Origin: Octopus vulgaris
Taxonomy: Eukaryota
DNA: 64,000 nt
Direction of reading: 5' to 3'
Assembly (NCBI GenBank): GCA_951406725.2
Contig: OX597820.1
Span: forward strand, 69,378,001-69,442,000
Each line of letters opens with the position of its first letter. Position 1 is the first letter of the stretch. A program made the position numbers and the translations under genes. A model generated the notes under the pieces. That model searched no databases. It was not told the origin of the DNA and was given only the letters and a program-made list of their open reading frames with translations. Below are positions 58,203 to 64,000 of the stretch, piece after piece.

Positions 58203-59080
58203 ATAGATAAATAGAAAATGACCAATTTGAAAGGAGATTAAAATATCACAGGTATTAATGGTCTGATGAGAGGTAGATTCGAACCACCTATCTTATGAAT
58301 GCAAGACTTCATAAGCAGTCATACTGTTCATTTAGAGGATTTTTTAAGAGGGAAAGGATGCGATTTAACTGAATTGTCACTGATGTTTGCCTAGCTCTTA
58401 CAACGTCCATTCAGAGCTTCCAACATTCATTTGCTTTTGTTATTCTACAGTAAACCATGTCTGTTTAGAGGAGTGTAAACGGGGAAGCTCATATACGGTA
58501 GCAAAATGCTAAGATTGAGTGTTATGTTAATGAAATATTGCATTTCGATTCCGAGATAACTTTAGTTATGAGCTGTAGTGTTCTTTGTGGCCCTTATCTT
58601 TCATAAATGTTGTGTGTGTGTGTGTGTGTGTCTGTATCTGAAGGTGTGTGTATGTATGCCTACACTTACAATCATACATGCATAAATGCATACATACGAA
58701 CGTACGTACATACATACATACACGCATACATACATAAATATACATGTACGTATTTGTCAACAGTATATATTTATTAGTTTATGTATATGCATATTTACAT
58801 GAGACTTCGTGATTACTGACAAAAATTCACACACACGCACACACATCAACATAATTACACACTCATGCATGTACTTTATAGATATTAAATATGCGTGCAA
58901 GAAAAATGGAGAGTGAGAGGTGGGTAGAAAGGTAAAGGAATAGAATTAAGAGAGCTAAAGTAAGATGTGTGTGTGTGTATTTGTGTGTACATGCAGGAAT
59001 ACATATGCACACACACATGTACACACACATATAGATATACAATTATATATATTATGTATATATACATATATATATATGTG

Positions 59081-59134
<54 letters not shown>

Positions 59135-59275
59135 AAGAAAGAGAGTGAGAGAGAAAGAGAGAGAAGAGAGAGAAAGAGAGAGAGAGATTCTGATATAAAT
59201 TATTACATACTTAGATTAACATTCCTTTAAATAAATGTCCCTTTTTAAAGAAGTTTTTATAATGAAATACACGCG

Positions 59276-59397
<122 letters not shown>

Positions 59398-60758
59398 CTG
59401 TGTATACATATATATTTATATATGTATATATATATGTATATACACACAAACATATATATATATATATATATATAGATATATATAATATAGATAGATATAG
59501 ACATATAGATATAGATATATGTATATACAAAACATATATATATATATATGCTTCTCTCTGCCTTTTAATGTATGCGAGTTTGCGTTTGTGTCTCTATGTG
59601 TGCAAGTTTTCTTGTTTGTTTTCTCTCTCTCTTCTCTATTTGTAATTTAGCAGAAGTATGGACATGAAAGAATAACTGTATACATATATATTTATAGATA
59701 TGGTTCACATATAGTTCACGCAGTTTATCACATAGATCAGGTCAAAGATACAAAACATATGAAAGATCATACTGACTTAGCATGCGCTGGTGTTAAGACA
59801 TAAAAATGGAAATAAAAGAATATAAATAAATAGATATAGAACTAAATAAATAAATGAAGAAATAGCAATAAAGTTTAAAATTGTAAGTGTCGTCATTCGC
59901 ATTTTACAGAGTACTGAAAACTAGCCTCAGGGTATAATCTTTCAATATTGTCGAAAGAAAGTCAGCTAGCGGAAACAATAATTTTCGATGACATATTTTT
60001 CTCATAAAATACGTGCAAGCAGCGATGTTTAATATTACTGCTATAGTGATGGGCAGGAAGATATTCTATAAAGAAATGTAAACATCTTTGACAAGTTACG
60101 CCTCAATTTCTGAGAAGTAGCCATGTTTATGACTAGTTCTCCTGGTTGCTAACGCTATACGTCTCCACGAAAGGATTATATCTAATAAAGATTATTGATA
60201 AAAATTAGAGAGATTTCACTTTTCATACAAATCAAATATTCCAATAGTGTTTCTTGCTATTCTCTTGGAAAGCAGCGATTTGGAATAATGGTTGAACGAA
60301 CGTTCTTTCCACACAAAAATCCGTTTAAATTATTAGGTGGGAGTTGAGTGCATAAAATAACACGTATTTTTTAAAAATATATTTTATATTACTTTATTTA
60401 ATGTTTTATTTTCTTTTAAAAAATTAAGAATAAGGAAAGGAATAAAACTTTGGTACCATTAAATTTTTGAAAATGAGTCAATTTCTGATTTAAAATCTAT
60501 TACCTAAGACATCTGGCCTGAGATTTCGATTTGATTTTAAGATTTAGCAGTGTTAAGTAATTTTTTTGATTATGACTTTAAATTTCCATTCGTTACTAGG
60601 GAATAGTTATCATGTCGATGTAGATGCAATGAGAACCTTCTTTATCTTGTTTATTTCTGTTTGTTTAGCATAGAACTCTTGCTATATCCTAAAATGTTTG
60701 ATTGTCTTTATTTAAGTAATCTTCAGATTGCATTCCAATACGCAACATTCATCCGTAG

Positions 60759-60811
<53 letters not shown>

Positions 60812-60903
60812 TGAGAGAGAGAGAGACAGAGACAGACAGACAGACAAACAGACAGATAGATAGAGTTAGTATGTGCATGTATATAAGTACATATGAATAC
60901 ATT

Positions 60904-60954
<51 letters not shown>

Positions 60955-62962
60955 GTCAATTCATCTCTCTCTCTCTCTCTCCTACTATTTATGCATATAT
61001 ATGAATATAATCAAGTGTGTGTGTGTGTATGCGTGTGTGTGTGCGTGTGTGTGCGTGTGTGTATGCGTGTGTTGTGTATTTGACTCAAAATATTAATGGG
61101 AATTATCGAATCTAAAGTGGTTAATAAAAAACAATTTTTTGAAAAGTAGAAATGTTTTTTTGTCTCGAGTGTATCCTAGTGACCTTCCCGAATAAATATA
61201 TTATTAGAATAGTTTACTATCCTAATAAAAAATAAACAATAATGAAATTGTTAAACGCGTGAGTTAGAAATAATTAAAGTAACTGATATGTATATCGATA
61301 AAAGTCTATATATAATATATAATATTATTTTGATTGTCACTGCGAGAATTTCGGTTCAAACAATTTTAACAATGGAACGAACCCGAAAGAATAATTGAAA
61401 TCTTAGAGCTTAATGAAAAACTGTTATTTTGCATTAAAATTCATAAGGCATGGAATATTCACGGGTTCCACTAGTGAGCTTATTATTCAATAACATTTCA
61501 TTGGGTAATAGAATTATCAAATGAATTATAATAATTCAATTCTGATTTAAGTTCAGGTTTTTTCTTCACTCTTCCAGGGTTAGTAAAATAACTTGTACCT
61601 GTGCCAATTAAATACCTGTACAATTTCAAATTATTTGTAGCTGAAACAAGTGAGTGAGCGTCAATGTGGCTGAATCGCCAGTTAAAGACAGTAGTCAAGG
61701 CTTCCTCACATTTTTTCCAATCGCCTTCGAAAGTGGAAGAGTATATTTGATAACATGCTCCCACACATATCTGAGGATTGCCAATACTGGAATGTCTTTG
61801 ACCATTAGTCTGCTTACTCAAGATTGATCTGCGGTTAAACGGCAATTGCAGCAACAGCTTTGTAGCTCTATGCTAATGTATGAAAACGAAATTTAATAGG
61901 ATAATAAAATAAATGAAAGATCAGGGATGTAAAATTATGATTGCATTGAAGGACGGTGTAGTATCGTTAAATCTGAAATAGTATTGTTGATCAAATTATT
62001 GATGGTCTTTGTAAAAACACAATATAAGACTACAATTGGCATTTGCTCTATATTTCTAGCGAATTCGCAAATACTTGGAGAAGCAGTTGCTTATTAGAAC
62101 CATGTAATGAAAATAAATAATTTTAAAAAGGTAACCGACAAGATTACAGAGAAAAGTGTTACCGATAGACACAGTCTCTTCTCTTAGTAATATCGATAAG
62201 ACTGTACATAAGTTTCAGAGTACATGAGACACGGGTAGCTTTAAGAGAATCATGTCTCTTCTAAGAGAAGAAATTTTTCCAAAATAGATTACGAAAGCTA
62301 TGGTAAGATTATCGTGCTCGGATCAATTATCCAAGACTGAAAGTGTCTCCTCAAAGTCTATGAATCTTTGGTAAACATGTAAATGCTATTTTCTGTTTGT
62401 TTTTATTTTACATGGAAACAGAACCAAAGAAACAACAACAATACATAGCTATTTTGCTTTTTGATGCTGTTGCTCTTATAACGATGCTGATGATATTGTA
62501 ATTGGGGTACTAAATCATCAGAGACAAATGCAAGACTTTATCTTCAACAATCTCAGCTCATTTGTTTTAGCTTTCGTTATTTTGATAGAATAGTATCATG
62601 TATGTAGAAGAGACGTACCTCTCAAAATGAAGACTACATGATCATTACGTTCTGGAAGTGGCCATCAAATCGATATAAATGCTATTATTTTCACTGCAAG
62701 TTTTCTTCCTCACAACCAAAGCGACAACACCATTTCTTTCAAGAGAAACATTCTTAATTCTTCTATGATCTGTCCTATATTAATAACAAGCCATTAAATT
62801 CAAGACTACGGCCATCATAGTAATGAAAGCAAGGTCAGTCACGTGAAATAGTGAGGATGGTTTTTTTAATAACAAAATAGCAAGTTTAAAAATGTAGGCT
62901 TCACACCATTAACGACTCTCTATAATATTTAACAATGTGTTGGGTAACCAATGTAGACTTTA

Positions 62963-63265
62963 TCATGGCACAGTGGTTAGAACATCGGGTTCGCAATCAT
63001 GTGGTAGTGTGTTCGATTCTCGGACCGGGTTGTGTTGTGTTCTTGAGCGAGACACTTTATTTTACATTGTTCCAGTACACTTAACTGTAGAAATGAGTTG
63101 CAACGTCATTGGTGCCAAAAGGTATTAGCCTTTGTCTTTCTCTAGGCTGATATGCGTGGGCGACTGCTGATCTTCCATAAACAATCATGGCCAGACTTGT
63201 ACCTCAGAGGGGAACTTTCTAGATACAATCGCATGGTCATTCCTGACTGAAGGGGTTCTTTACCC
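62963..63265 (+). mobile_element. tRNA-derived SINE with family-B-like head and a different body
   Basis: atggcacagtggttagaac (A box)...gttcgattctcggaccggg (B box), then ttgtgttcttgagcgagacactttattttacattgttccagtacacttaactgtagaaatgag, then a tail ending gaaggggttctttaccc. Confidence 0.7.
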
Positions 63266-64000
63266 GAGTGTGTCAAAAGCGAAGCAAGCTGGCAGACCCC
63301 ATCACCTCGAGACTGTCGAATGAAAGCGATATCTTTACCATGTATCTGCTAATTTAGTAAGTTCAAGAAGTGACGGAATTTAAATGATATTCCCAGAAAT
63401 CGAATCTACATCACAGATTGTGTCTTCCCTCACATTCTGCAACCGTACACGTCATTCAATAAATAAATAAATAGATAAATAAATAAATATAATTGAATAT
63501 ATAAATAAATTCGTCTGATGATCATTTTTATTTAAAATGTTAGGCCTGCGTGAGATTTTCTATTATTTGGTATTTAACAGATTTAATAGAATCGACTGCT
63601 AGTGTGGCAGATTAATGTCACAGATCATTAAGTTTGACCAACGACTAAGTCTAAATATATAGCTGAGAATGTATTTGAATATTGCGATAATTGATGGAGA
63701 AAAATACAGGCTAATAACAATCACTAAATAATTAGAACATTGCAATGGTTGTGATACATGTCTGACAACTAGAGAGAGAATAAGAAGGGGAAAGAGAGGG
63801 GCAGTGAGAGGTACAAAGAGAGATTTGAAAACCTGTAAAGTCACTGAATTATTAATACAACGCTGAGACATTTACTAAGATGCTGTAGAGAAAGATTTTG
63901 ATAATAAAATGCTGATTAGTAAAATATTCACTTTTGAGACATTGCAATTACAATAGTGATATTTCTAAGCCACTGAACATCAAAAGACTACCTCAAGAGA

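Noticed and set aside
61498-61854. 118-aa minus-strand ORF in unique sequence
   Set aside because: No recognisable domain, no ATG start and no convincing pair of splice sites; not AP-2 sequence.

Overview
AT-rich, microsatellite-saturated animal genomic DNA, not prokaryotic. The tRNA-derived SINE families resemble those of octopus, so a coleoid cephalopod is the likely source (inference). Almost every entry in the ORF track is translated microsatellite. The real content is the 5' half of an AP-2 (TFAP2-family) transcription factor gene on the + strand: a candidate short first coding exon (8023-8058), a clear 483-nt exon with the PY activation motif (11432-11914) and, 28.6 kb later, a short ...VED...TVIRK exon (about 40505-40565). 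I found no DNA-binding-domain exon, so it probably lies beyond 64000. The most striking observation is that the short exon has no in-frame AG acceptor. The phase-0 position reads CAA in the loop of a small hairpin whose stem hides a frameshifting CAG 7 nt downstream, which could reflect editing- or structure-gated splicing, a hidden microexon, or a base error. The introns also contain a 5'-truncated R4/Dong-type LINE inside a (TAA)n tract, three Penelope-like repeat copies with a variant minimal hammerhead fold, inverted SINE pairs and inverted microsatellites, and several unique islands that may be cis-regulatory.
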